From: an uncultured Gammaproteobacteria bacterium
GTDB lineage: Bacteria; Patescibacteriota; Patescibacteriia; Magasanikbacterales; UBA922
Reading direction: 5' to 3'
Length of the DNA: 64,000 bases
NCBI GenBank assembly: GCA_964435035.1
Contig: CAYSXR010000001.1
Span: forward strand, 212,622 to 276,621
Shown piece by piece: positions 55,644-64,000 of this stretch (its first letter is position 1; every line of letters begins with the position of its first letter). The notes beneath the pieces are model-generated. The model was not told where the DNA came from. It ran no database searches and worked only from the letters and a program-made list of their open reading frames with translations. The position numbers and the translations under genes are program-made.

Positions 55644-57120
55644 CCAAGGGGAAATTTTCTCGCGACAGCACGATGCTGAACCACTTTTTCGGCTCGGTTG
55701 ACACGAGTTTCCCGATTGCAGAAATGTCCGAATATAGGGATTTGAGGAGTGTCCGACGCTTCTCTTTTTCGTATTTCGGGTACTGATCAGCCAATAGATC
55801 AAAGACCTTCACGATTCGCGCACGGGTCGGCGTCTGCGACGCGATGTCATCGGTCTGAAGTTGTTGCTCGAGCTTTCTCGTTCCGAGCATCAGCTCGGTC
55901 TTCATCTTCGTGTAGAGCTGTTCCTCAATGATGCCGCCGATGAATGACCGAGTGAGGCGCTCCAGCGCCTCGTTCTTCTCGTTGAGTTCAAGGCGGGCAC
56001 GGGCGCGACCGCGCTCAACGTCGCGCTCTTCATCGCCGTACATGCGTTCGACGACATCGAGCACGAGGTCGCGCTCCTCCGACGAGAGGATCATGCGCTT
56101 GAGGTCGCGTTCAATCACCGCGTCGAGCAGCTCTTCGCGGATGCAGACGGTCGGGTGCCCTCGTGTGTGACAGCGGTAGTAGACGACCTTTCGCTTGTGC
56201 TCGCCGATGAGGAAGCGCTTGCAGTGACCGCATCGAGACATCCGCTGGTACAGGTACTTTGGCTCCGCGATGAAGAGGTGCGGGTGTTTCCGCCGTTGAC
56301 GGATTTGCCTGACGACCTCGAAGATCCCGGCCGGTACGATCGCCTCGTGTTGGCCGGCGAAGAGCTCACCGCGGTAGGGGATGAAGCCTGCGTAGAACGG
56401 GTTGTCGAGCATCTTCGCGATCCTCGACCGGGTTTTGAACGCGCCGCCCTTGCTCTTCAACCCAAGCTCGCGGCCGACCTCGGTCAGCTGGTCGAGGGTA
56501 TAGGCACCGGTCGCGTAGCGCTCGAAGAGCTCCAGGATGCTCGGGGCGCGCTCCGGGTCCGGGATCTTCCTGCCGCGTTCGCCCTTCGGCGTTTCTGGCG
56601 GCGGGTTCAAGTACCCGAAGGGGGCGTTTCTCGGCCAGTATCCTTGTCTCATCCGTCCGAGGTTGCCCTTCAGGATCTCGCTCCTGAGGTTCCGGATGAA
56701 GTGAACCGCAACCGCGGCGAGCATGTCCATGGTGAGACGGCCGCCCGAGTCGGCACTGTCGAGACCTTCGGACGCGAAGGCGATGTAGTGCCCGGCGTCC
56801 ATGAGTTCCGAGATCGTCACCCAATCCCGGAGGTTCCGACTCGACCGGTCAACTTTGTGGAACACGACGCCGTCGGCGTCGCCCTTACCGAGTCGCTTCA
56901 CGAGGTCGACGAAACCCGTTCGACCTGCCTTGGCTGCGGACTCGACGTCTTCGATGACGTCTTTGACGACAAGGCCACGACGGGCGCAGAACTCCTGGAT
57001 GATGCGGCGCTGCTCAAAGAGCGAGGCGCCATGCACCTGGTCGTCGGAGGAAACCCGGACGTAGCAGAACACGGTTGAGGGCGCTGCACGACGGGTGCCA
57101 AATGTTGAAAAATGTGGCAT
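55633..57120 (-). CDS. Large serine recombinase (resolvase-type catalytic domain plus recombinase domain, zinc ribbon and coiled coil)
   Basis: Catalytic domain VFCYVRVSSDDQ (Ser nucleophile) ... VFHKVDRSSRNLRDW. Recombinase domain GYWPRNAPFGY. Zinc ribbon CGHCKRF...YYRCHTRGHPTVC. The start is set at the ATG (MPHFSTF) at 57120, giving about 495 aa. Confidence 0.8.
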   Translation of the reverse strand: MPHFSTFGTRRAAPSTVFCYVRVSSDDQVHGASLFEQRRIIQEFCARRGLVVKDVIEDVESAAKAGRTGFVDLVKRLGKGDADGVVFHKVDRSSRNLRDWVTISELMDAGHYIAFASEGLDSADSGGRLTMDMLAAVAVHFIRNLRSEILKGNLGRMRQGYWPRNAPFGYLNPPPETPKGERGRKIPDPERAPSILELFERYATGAYTLDQLTEVGRELGLKSKGGAFKTRSRIAKMLDNPFYAGFIPYRGELFAGQHEAIVPAGIFEVVRQIRQRRKHPHLFIAEPKYLYQRMSRCGHCKRFLIGEHKRKVVYYRCHTRGHPTVCIREELLDAVIERDLKRMILSSEERDLVLDVVERMYGDEERDVERGRARARLELNEKNEALERLTRSFIGGIIEEQLYTKMKTELMLGTRKLEQQLQTDDIASQTPTRARIVKVFDLLADQYPKYEKEKRRTLLKSLYSDISAIGKLVSTEPKKWFSIVLSRENFPLGSP

Positions 57121-57331
57121 AATATCTGAATTACAGAATGACAGAGGGTCCTTCGAGCTTATCGTGTCCGCTCGATTCGTAACACCGGCACAAGCGCCCC
57201 CCTCGTTCGCGAGTTGCGGTGTTTTTTTGTTTGAGATATCCACATGCTGTGCGCTCGGGCGAGAAACTTGACCCGGGCATTTGTGCCCCTGACAGTATCG
57301 CGCCCTCTTGCAGTACGATTTCCACACGCCT

Positions 57332-57544
57332 ATGCGACATCTCCAATTTGACGACGAGCAACTCGCCAAGAAACTTGCAGCCGCCTATCCGACACTTTCG
57401 GCGGATGAACGGACCGCAGTCTTGGTCGAGCTCATGCTCTTCGTGCGCGCACTCGCCGGCCTGGTCGAGCGGGATACCTCCCGCGGTCCGGGCGAGGACG
57501 CCGAATTCCCTTCCAAGTCGGAGCCTGCCGCACCCGGCACTTAA
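57332..57544 (+). CDS. Small hypothetical protein (70 aa), divergent from the recombinase; speculative recombination directionality factor
   Basis: MRHLQFDDEQLAKKLAAAYPTLSADERTAVLVELMLFVRALAGLVE has a protein-like amphipathic composition, unlike the surrounding Arg-rich frames. No family was assigned. Confidence 0.2.
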   Translation: MRHLQFDDEQLAKKLAAAYPTLSADERTAVLVELMLFVRALAGLVERDTSRGPGEDAEFPSKSEPAAPGT

Positions 57545-58593
57545 GTCACGTAAACATTGCATGTGCATCGTCTATGAGGTCTCGCCGGGGCGGCCGCGTA
57601 CCACGCGGCCGAAGGATTCCATATCCAAATCAGTGGCGTGTCATCCGCCGTCTTCGAGGGTTCACGCAACGCGATGTTGCGCGGTTCCTTGGTCATCTCG
57701 ACACGTGTCAGTGAGGGTCAGGAAGCGCTGTAGGACGGCGAGTAGCGCGTAACGCCGAGTTTGTGGCCGGCGAGTTGAGACAGGCGTAGCCGGGAGGTCT
57801 CGAAGTCGGGGAGCTGGCGCGCTAACGCCGGCCCCCCTGGACGGGGCGACTACAGTCGTCGCCTCGTCCACGCGGAGGATGCCGCAAGCCGCGCAGGACG
57901 GCCAGGGCTTCGAGACGGAGGCCGCTGGACACCGCCCGTCGCTACTCCTGCCGCGCCTGCGGAAGACACGTCACGATCTGCCCGCGCTGCGATCGGGGCA
58001 ACATCTACTGCCTCGGCTGCGCCCCGAAGCGCCGGACGGAGAGGCTGCGGCGCGCTCGGAGGACGTATCGCCGCACGCCCGAAGGTCGTCGCGAACATCG
58101 TGACGCCGAGCGGCGCAGGCGCAGGCGAAAGGCGGCTCCGCACGCAATCGTGGGGGATCTGGGTTCCGCGGTCGCGTCGTCGGTCGCAGGCTCGGACCTG
58201 CCCTCGACCTCCAACCCGGTCGAGGCAGAGGTGACCGATGTATCGATGGAAGATCGCCGTGGAACCGACGGCCACGAACACGAAGCTGCTGATGACGGAC
58301 CCGGACGGCAACGAGCTCCTCAAGGCGGCGCTGCCGTCGACGGCCAACCACCCACGCGCTCTCTTGACCCTGCTCGAGGGCCTGGCGCTGTGGGCCGGCC
58401 AGCCTCTCACCGCTGCGATCTCTGCGGGGCCGTCGTTGCCGAGGCACGTCGACTCGGCCCTCTTCGGAGCGGATCTCTTTCCGTGCGACAGCGTGCTCGT
58501 GCACTACGAAGTGGTCGAGGGCCGCCGACGTCGCCGGACTCTGCGCGGCGTGGGTGACTTCCGGCAGCTGCGCCTCGTGCAGCGGAGGTGGGC

Positions 58594-60093
58594 ATGATCT
58601 CCGACGAGCTGAAATCGAAGATCCGCCGCCTCTACCATGCCGAGCAGTGGCCGATCGGCACGATCGCGAGGGAGCTCACCCTGCACCACAGCACGGTGCG
58701 GCGCGCGCTGCTCGGCGATGGGGTGCCGCTCGCGTCGCTGCCGACGCGCAAGTCGAAACTCGATCCGTACCTGCCGTTCGTCATCGACGTGCTGGACAAG
58801 TACCCGGAGGTCACGGCGAGCCGGGTCTACGACATGGTGCGGGAGCGCGGCTACACGGGCGCGCGCGACCACTTCCGCGCGCTGGTCGCTCGCCACCGCA
58901 AGCCCAAGGCGGCCGAGGCTTTCCTGCGCCTGTCGACCGTTCGGGGCGAAGAGGCCCAGGTCGACTGGGGCCACTTCGGCCACATCATGATCGGCGGCGC
59001 GCGCCGGCCGCTCGTGGCGTTCGTGATGGTGCTGTCGTGGTCGCGCTGGGCGTGGCTGCGCTTCGGCGCGGACATGCGCATGGGCAGCTTCCTCGAGCAC
59101 CACGAGGCGGCATTTCGGGCCTGGGGCGGCGTGCCGCGCGTGATCCTCTACGACAACCTGAAGTCGGCGGTGACCCAGCGCATCGGCGACGCGATCGTGT
59201 TCAACGCGGACCTGTCGGCGTTCGCGAGCCACTACGGCTATGACGCGCGCCCGGTCGCGCCCTATCGCGGCAACGAGAAGGGGCGGGTGGAGCGGACCAT
59301 TCGTGATGTGCGCACCTCGTTCTTCGCTGCGCGCACCTGGGCCGATCTCGCAGACCTGAACGCGCAGGCCGAGCGATGGTGTCGTGAGGTGCGTGGGCTC
59401 CGCACGCATCCCGACGACCGCACGCTCACGGTGGGTGCCGCGTTCGCCGAGGAGCGGGAGGTGCTTCGCGCGCTCCCCGCCGACGTGTTCCCGGTCGCCG
59501 ACCGCGTCGAGGTGAAGGCCGGCAAGACGCCGTACGTGCGCTTCGACGGCAACGACTACAGCGTCCCGCACGATCGTGTTCGGCGGTCGCTGACCGTCAT
59601 GGCGACGAGCGACACGGTGCGCGTCATGGATGGCCAGGACGTCATCGCCATGCACACGCGCTCGTGGGACAAAGGCGCGCAGATCGAGGACGCAGCGCAC
59701 ATCGCGGCTCTCGTCGAGCGCAAGCGCGAGGCCCGCAACGCGCGTGGGCTCAATCGTGTGTTCGTGGCGGTGCCGGTCGCTCAGGAGTTCGTGCGGCGGC
59801 TCGCCGAGCGCGGCGGCAACATCGGCAATGCCGTCGTTCGCCTGGGGGAGATCCTCGACGCCTTCGGTGCCGAGGAGCTCGCGATGTCCGTCGATGAAGC
59901 GATCGCGATGGACGCGCCGCACATCGCGGCGGTTCGTCAGATCCTCGACCGGCGTCGGCGGGACGTGGGGCTCCCGGCGCCGATCGCCGTGGCCCTGCCC
60001 GATGACCCGCGCATTCGAAACATGGTCGTGCGGCGGCCCTCGCTCGAAGCCTACGATGCGCTGAAGGAACCCACGGAGGACTGTCATGAGTGA
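58594..60093 (+). CDS. istA: IS21-family transposase IstA
   Basis: N-terminal HTH (IGTIARELTLHHSTVRRAL). Integrase-core DDE region (AQVDWGHF...LSWSRWAWLRF...VILYDNLKSAV...YRGNEKGRVER). About 500 aa. Confidence 0.85.
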   Translation: MISDELKSKIRRLYHAEQWPIGTIARELTLHHSTVRRALLGDGVPLASLPTRKSKLDPYLPFVIDVLDKYPEVTASRVYDMVRERGYTGARDHFRALVARHRKPKAAEAFLRLSTVRGEEAQVDWGHFGHIMIGGARRPLVAFVMVLSWSRWAWLRFGADMRMGSFLEHHEAAFRAWGGVPRVILYDNLKSAVTQRIGDAIVFNADLSAFASHYGYDARPVAPYRGNEKGRVERTIRDVRTSFFAARTWADLADLNAQAERWCREVRGLRTHPDDRTLTVGAAFAEEREVLRALPADVFPVADRVEVKAGKTPYVRFDGNDYSVPHDRVRRSLTVMATSDTVRVMDGQDVIAMHTRSWDKGAQIEDAAHIAALVERKREARNARGLNRVFVAVPVAQEFVRRLAERGGNIGNAVVRLGEILDAFGAEELAMSVDEAIAMDAPHIAAVRQILDRRRRDVGLPAPIAVALPDDPRIRNMVVRRPSLEAYDALKEPTEDCHE

Positions 60094-60829
60094 CGAACTC
60101 GAGCGGCGTCTCCGCGCCATAGGCCTCATCGGGCTGGCTGCGAGATGTGACGAAATCTGCAACGAGCCGTGGCTCGAGCGAGTGATCGCCATCGAGACCG
60201 AAGAGCGTCGACGTCGCGGCCTCGATAGCCGCCTCAAGAGCAGCAAGCTCGGACGCTTCAAACCGATGGCCGACTACGACTGGAGCTGGCCGCGCGCCAT
60301 CGATCGTCAGGCCATCGACGAGCTGTTCACGCTGCGCTTCCACGCCGAGGGAGCCAACATCATCCTCGTCGGGCCCAGCGGGGTCGGCAAGACGATGATC
60401 GCCAAGAACCTCGCACATGCCGTCATTCGTGCAGGCAGAACCGCGCGCTTCACGACCGCGAGTGCGATGCTCAACGAGCTCGCCGGCCAAGACAGCCTGA
60501 CGGCGCTATCCCGCGCGTATCGACGCTACACGAGCCCCGCGGCCCTGGTCATCGACGAGCTCGGGTACATCGCCTACGGCAACCGCCATGCAGACGTCCT
60601 CTACGAAGTCGTCGACCGCAGGCACGAGCTCGCGCGCAGCGTCATCGTGACCACCAATCGAGCCTTCAAAGAGTGGGGCGACCTCTTCCCGAACGCCACT
60701 TGCGTCGTACCGCTCGTCGACCGTCTCGTCCACAAGAGCGACATCATCGAGATCGACGGCGACTCTTACCGCCTGAAAGAAGCCCAGGCACGAGCCCGTA
60801 GCCGCAAGGCCGGTCCGACCACGGCGTGA
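60086..60829 (+). CDS. istB: IS21-family helper ATPase IstB
   Basis: Walker A GPSGVGKTM, Walker B LVIDELGY and the sensor VVTTNRAFKEWGDLF. It overlaps the istA stop (ATGA-type coupling). Confidence 0.85.
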   Translation: MSDELERRLRAIGLIGLAARCDEICNEPWLERVIAIETEERRRRGLDSRLKSSKLGRFKPMADYDWSWPRAIDRQAIDELFTLRFHAEGANIILVGPSGVGKTMIAKNLAHAVIRAGRTARFTTASAMLNELAGQDSLTALSRAYRRYTSPAALVIDELGYIAYGNRHADVLYEVVDRRHELARSVIVTTNRAFKEWGDLFPNATCVVPLVDRLVHKSDIIEIDGDSYRLKEAQARARSRKAGPTTA

Positions 60830-61080
60830 GCAACGGGACTGCAGCTCGCCGCCGTCAACAGCGGCGTCGAGCGCTACTCGCCGTTTTCACGCGCTCTTCG
60901 ACCACCGCCTACAACACGGACTCGTACTACGACATCGAGCGGGGAACGCGGTTCCCGCGAGCCCGCAACCTCATGTTGCTGCTCCGACTGTTCGGGGTCA
61001 CGCTCGAGCAGGTCTATCCTGACCTTGCTTGGGGAGCGGATCGCGACATCGACGCGCTCCGACATCGCCTTACCCGATGA
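60826..61080 (+). pseudogene. Possible truncated XRE-type HTH gene fragment immediately downstream of IS21
   Basis: YDIERGTRFPRARNLMLLLRLFGVTLEQVY resembles the third helix and C-terminal part of an XRE HTH. The N-terminal part is not HTH-like. Confidence 0.2.
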
Positions 61081-61319
61081 CACGTACCCTCAACCCTATG
61101 AAACGAAACCCTACGGGTCGCCTGAAGCACGAGCTGCTGCACTCCATCCTCCGCGATGAGCGCTGGCATTCGACCAGTGAACTTGTCCGCCGCGTCGGCC
61201 ACACCTTCGCCGGCGCCAAGTGGAAGCTCACTGGTTACGGCTACTCGATCGAGAAGCGACGTCACCCGACGAAGCCGCGCCAGTGGCAGTACCGCCTCAC
61301 CGATCAGGCGGCGGGCTAG
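61077..61319 (+). CDS. Small basic hypothetical protein (80 aa), possible winged-helix DNA-binding protein
   Basis: MTRTLNPMKRNPTGRLKHELLHSILRDERWHSTSELVRRVGHTF... No family assigned. Confidence 0.2.
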   Translation: MTRTLNPMKRNPTGRLKHELLHSILRDERWHSTSELVRRVGHTFAGAKWKLTGYGYSIEKRRHPTKPRQWQYRLTDQAAG

Positions 61320-61922
61320 CGCTCGCCGGCGTCGACGGTGAAATGCGCGGCGCACTCCCAAGTTCCTTCACCGTTCGACTTCACCGCCTCGACCCGGTTC
61401 GCTCTATCCAGCGAACCCCTGCCCCACCCGACGGGCGACAACAATGGCTACAACAACGGGTTAAATGAGCGCGCCCGTCGGGGGCCGTGCCCCCGACTAC
61501 TCGTCGCCACTGCACAACACCTAACCGACCCTGACCAGGCAGAGTCGAGGTGATGGCGCGCGCCGAGTAGTCGGGCGCCCCGTGCCGGGTCACCCCGACG
61601 GGACGCGCGCGGGCTACCCCGACGCTATCGCGATCGGGAACCCGCAACTCCGAACGTCGAACGCGTTGAGCTGACCATCCTGCTGTCACCCTTCATCGCC
61701 TGACATCACCGACCGCCACGACACCTACCGGGTCGGGCCGCGGAACGGCTACCTCGGACTCACGCGTGCGAGGAGGGGAAACGAGGCGAAGACAGCCGAC
61801 ATCGCGGAACATCGCGGCGCGCGTTCTGATGACCATCGTCACCGTGAACGCACGTCGCCAACTCGATGATGGTCATCGCCGACCACGCTCGAGCTTTGTC
61901 AACCGCGCAACGACCCCTACTC

Positions 61923-62801
61923 ATGATCATCCAATCCCGCGACACCCAAATCCTCCGCTCGATCTTCCGGCATCGGTTCCTCACCACCGAGCATCTCCAC
62001 GCACTTCATTTTGTGGACCGCTCTGTTCGGGCGGCGCAGGCCCGCTTGAAGGAGCTCCATGACGACAACTACCTCGACCGGACCTACGTCCTGCCGCCCG
62101 TTGACGGTCTCCGGAGGCGAGTGCGGCCCGTCTACTCAATGGCACGCGCCGGCGCCGAGGTTCTCGCAGCCGTGCTTGGCATTCCGCCCCGTGCGATTCC
62201 GCACACCAAGAAGGCGACGCAGGTCGGCTACCATCACATGTTGCACGAGCTCGTGGTCGCCGACCTGCTCGTCTCCGGTGAGGCGTCACTCGGTCGCGCG
62301 CCAGACGTTCGCTCGGTCGCGACGCTCCGCGATCATGACCTTCGGTCACTGCTGGCCGTCGCGCGCTTACATCAGCATGCTGCCACCGGCGTTGTTCCAG
62401 ACGGTGCGTTCATCGTCGACGCGGTGGGCTTGCCTGCCCCGACCACCATCTACGTCGAGGTCGTGCACGCTGGCGTCAAAGGCGGGAACGCGCGCCTGGT
62501 CGAGAAGCTCGAGCGCTATCTGCAGCTCCTCCGCACGGGGTTCTTCACCTCGGTTTTCAACCACCGGCGTGTCCGCGCGCTCGCGGTCGTCTCGCCATCG
62601 GACGAACGAGTCGAGAACCTCCGCGTGCTCGCAGAGCGCAGACTCCGTCACGGTCGAAGGTTCGTGTGGTTCGCGGTAGCGCCCAGACATTCAGCGCGCA
62701 CATACCCGCCCACGACCTTCACCGTCGAGAGTCTCGCCCAAACCGAGTTCGTCGACATCGAGGGCACACGCCATCACCTCGACGTCAACGCACTTCGCTA
62801 A
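61923..62801 (+). CDS. Replication-relaxation (Replic_Relax) family protein
   Basis: The N-terminal winged helix QILRSIFRHRFLTTEHLHALHF...RAAQARLKELHDDNYLDR matches the Replic_Relax signature. C-terminal PDGAFIVDAVGL...YVEVVHAG is present. ATG at 61923. Confidence 0.55.
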   Translation: MIIQSRDTQILRSIFRHRFLTTEHLHALHFVDRSVRAAQARLKELHDDNYLDRTYVLPPVDGLRRRVRPVYSMARAGAEVLAAVLGIPPRAIPHTKKATQVGYHHMLHELVVADLLVSGEASLGRAPDVRSVATLRDHDLRSLLAVARLHQHAATGVVPDGAFIVDAVGLPAPTTIYVEVVHAGVKGGNARLVEKLERYLQLLRTGFFTSVFNHRRVRALAVVSPSDERVENLRVLAERRLRHGRRFVWFAVAPRHSARTYPPTTFTVESLAQTEFVDIEGTRHHLDVNALR

Positions 62802-62821
62802 TTAGTCATAATCTCTATCGA

Positions 62822-64000
62822 ATGTATGCCCATCACCGTCAACATCCAAATCAGCGATCATCGAGAAGACAAGCTCCACGTTCGGCCAGCTTGGCCGCCT
62901 ACGACGCTTCCGGTCGCGCCCTTATCATTCTCGGCGAGGCCCTCTACCGGCGGACCGCGACGCGCTTTGGGTTACTCCCCGAGGACCGACTGCGCCATGC
63001 CTGGATCGTTGGGAAAACCGGGACCGGGAAGTCGACCCTGGTTCGCTCGATGGTGGCGCAAGACCTTCAAAGCGACGTGGGGCTTGCGATTATTGACCCC
63101 CACGGGTCGCTCGCTGCCGAGGTCGACGAGCTCGCGACGGCGTCCAGGCGTGAACGCATCATCCGCATCTCACCTGGCATCGCGGAGAAGACACCACCCT
63201 TCAACGTGTTCCGACGAGGCACGCAACCTGTGACCGAGTCTGGGCTTCTCGCCTCAGAGCTGATCTCGGTGTTCAAGCACCGGTGGGCCGACTCGTGGGG
63301 CCCGCGCCTCGAACACTACCTCAGGTTCGGTATCCTCGCAGTCGCCGCGCATCCGCGCGCAAGCCTGGGTATGCTTCATCGCTTCTATCTCGACGACGAC
63401 GTTCGAGCTCGCGTCGTCGACCACGTCCGTGACCCGTACGTGCGGGACGTCTGGACCCGCGAGTTTGCCGCCCTTCCACCGCGTCTCCGAGCCGAAGCCC
63501 TTGCCCCGATCATGAACAAACTTGGCAGCTTGGTTGCGCATCCGATTGCCGGACCGATGCTCCGCGGAGAACGTTCACGGCTCGATTTCGACCACTACCT
63601 TGAGAAGCGGGTCGTCCTCATCGTCGACCTCGCCGTCGGCCGTCTCGGCGAGGACATGGCGGCGATGATCGGTTCCCTCATACTGTCGTCTCTCTACCTC
63701 GCCTCCATGCGCCGCGGCAGAAGCTCGCCACCGTTCTTCTGTTACCTCGACGAGTTCCAGCACTTTGTGTCGGGCTCGATCCCGACGGTCCTCTCTGAAT
63801 CCCGCAAGTACGGCTTTGGTCTGGTGCTTTCGCACCAGTACCTGGGGCAGCTCGGAGAAAGTATCCGCGAGGCCGTGCTCGGGAACGTCGGAAGCCGAAT
63901 GTACTTCAGGGTGGGAGCCGAGGATGCCCGTGTGCTCGGGCCAACTGTTGAGCCAATCTACACGGCCGCCGACCTCATGACGCTTCCCGCGTACCACGCG
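62822..64000 (+). CDS. TraD/TraG/VirD4-like type IV coupling ATPase, 3' partial
   Basis: The ATG-62822 frame was translated by hand and is open to the window end. Walker A IVGKTGTGKST, Walker B-like VVLIVDLA...CYLDEFQHF and the TraG-D_C-like LVLSHQYLGQL...NVGSRMYFRVGAEDARVLG are present. It is absent from the supplied ORF track because it has no in-window stop. Confidence 0.6.
   Translation, partial: MYAHHRQHPNQRSSRRQAPRSASLAAYDASGRALIILGEALYRRTATRFGLLPEDRLRHAWIVGKTGTGKSTLVRSMVAQDLQSDVGLAIIDPHGSLAAEVDELATASRRERIIRISPGIAEKTPPFNVFRRGTQPVTESGLLASELISVFKHRWADSWGPRLEHYLRFGILAVAAHPRASLGMLHRFYLDDDVRARVVDHVRDPYVRDVWTREFAALPPRLRAEALAPIMNKLGSLVAHPIAGPMLRGERSRLDFDHYLEKRVVLIVDLAVGRLGEDMAAMIGSLILSSLYLASMRRGRSSPPFFCYLDEFQHFVSGSIPTVLSESRKYGFGLVLSHQYLGQLGESIREAVLGNVGSRMYFRVGAEDARVLGPTVEPIYTAADLMTLPAYHA

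Larger units (their letters stand above)
58450..60900 (+). mobile_element. IS21-family insertion sequence (istA-istB); ends approximate
   Basis: Canonical overlapping istA/istB gene pair. Terminal inverted repeats could not be located by eye. Confidence 0.5.
55633..64000. mobile_element. High-GC (about 65%) integrated mobile element fragment abutting the tRNA-Glu 3' end: large serine recombinase, IS21, Replic_Relax and TraD-like coupling ATPase. It continues beyond the window.
   Basis: Abrupt change in base composition from 55.65 kb onward. The recombinase 3' end overlaps the last about 10 nt of the tRNA. The gene content matches actinobacterial ICE/plasmid modules. Confidence 0.6.

Noticed and set aside
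1-55645. Alternative genetic code (UGA as sense, as in some CPR lineages)
   Set aside because: Several well-supported genes (rfbG at 9679–9681, wzx at 21432–21434, and the gene ending 25147–25149) terminate at TGA with normal lengths and coupled downstream starts. This indicates standard code 11.
57826-58150. Cys4 zinc-ribbon-like frame (CRACGRHVTICPRCDRGNIYCLGCA)
   Set aside because: There is no ATG, GTG or TTG start between the upstream stop at 57823 and the motif, and the surrounding residues are Arg-rich. It is kept only as a note. It could become real if a frameshift or sequencing error is present.
58450-60900. Attempt to define IS21 terminal inverted repeats and target-site duplication
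   Set aside because: No convincing inverted repeat could be recognised by eye in the GC-rich flanks. The IS boundaries are therefore approximate.
55646-64000. Numerous long ORFs on both strands in the high-GC arm (e.g. 58504–60261 -, 585 aa; 59750–60490 -; 56155–57078 +; 57850–58410 -; 57971–58504 -)
   Set aside because: They are antisense or shifted frames of recognisable genes (istA, istB, recombinase). They are Arg/Ala/Pro-rich with no motifs, the typical stop-codon-poor artefact of high-GC DNA.

Overview
The window has two very different parts. Positions 1–55,645 are low-GC (about 38–40%) with standard genetic code; TGA is used as a stop codon. This part is tightly packed and mostly on the + strand, with many overlapping start/stop codons. 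It looks like one huge cell-envelope glycan locus. It starts with an ECF sigma factor and a candidate anti-sigma factor. Then comes a 1208-aa secreted Ser/Thr/Val-rich surface protein. After that are an O-antigen-ligase-like Wzy_C/TPR protein and a CDP-3,6-dideoxyhexose pathway: rfbF, rfbG and rfbH (E1 dehydrase), plus a split transketolase and a 4-reductase-like SDR. The rest of the locus has about 10 GT2 and 4 GT4 glycosyltransferases and several GT-C/PMT-like membrane transferases. Two of these are paired with Dpm1-like polyprenyl-phosphate sugar synthases. It also has a Wzx flippase, a WbaP-like initiating phosphotransferase, four SAM methyltransferases, an AsnB amidotransferase and a UDP-xylose branch (ugd, two UXS paralogs, a 4-epimerase). 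An acyltransferase, an S8 subtilase, PilT, a PBP2/FtsI transpeptidase and a tRNA-Glu(CUC) gene are also present. Two high-GC (about 60–66%) segments are embedded in this background. One is a 1.4-kb two-gene cassette at about 14.4–15.9 kb: a HAD hydrolase and a Nudix-fold gene. The Nudix-fold gene sits directly beside a low-GC native paralog. The other starts exactly at the 3' end of tRNA-Glu and runs off the window (55.6–64 kb). It carries a large serine recombinase, an IS21 element (istA/istB), a Replic_Relax protein and a TraD/VirD4-like coupling ATPase. That is an actinobacterial-type integrative/conjugative element fragment. Taken together this looks like either cross-phylum transfer into a low-GC organism or an assembly chimera, and both need checking. 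Within the glycan locus, the most unusual biochemical feature is a two-subunit transketolase embedded in the dideoxyhexose pathway. This points to a branched or two-carbon-extended deoxysugar.
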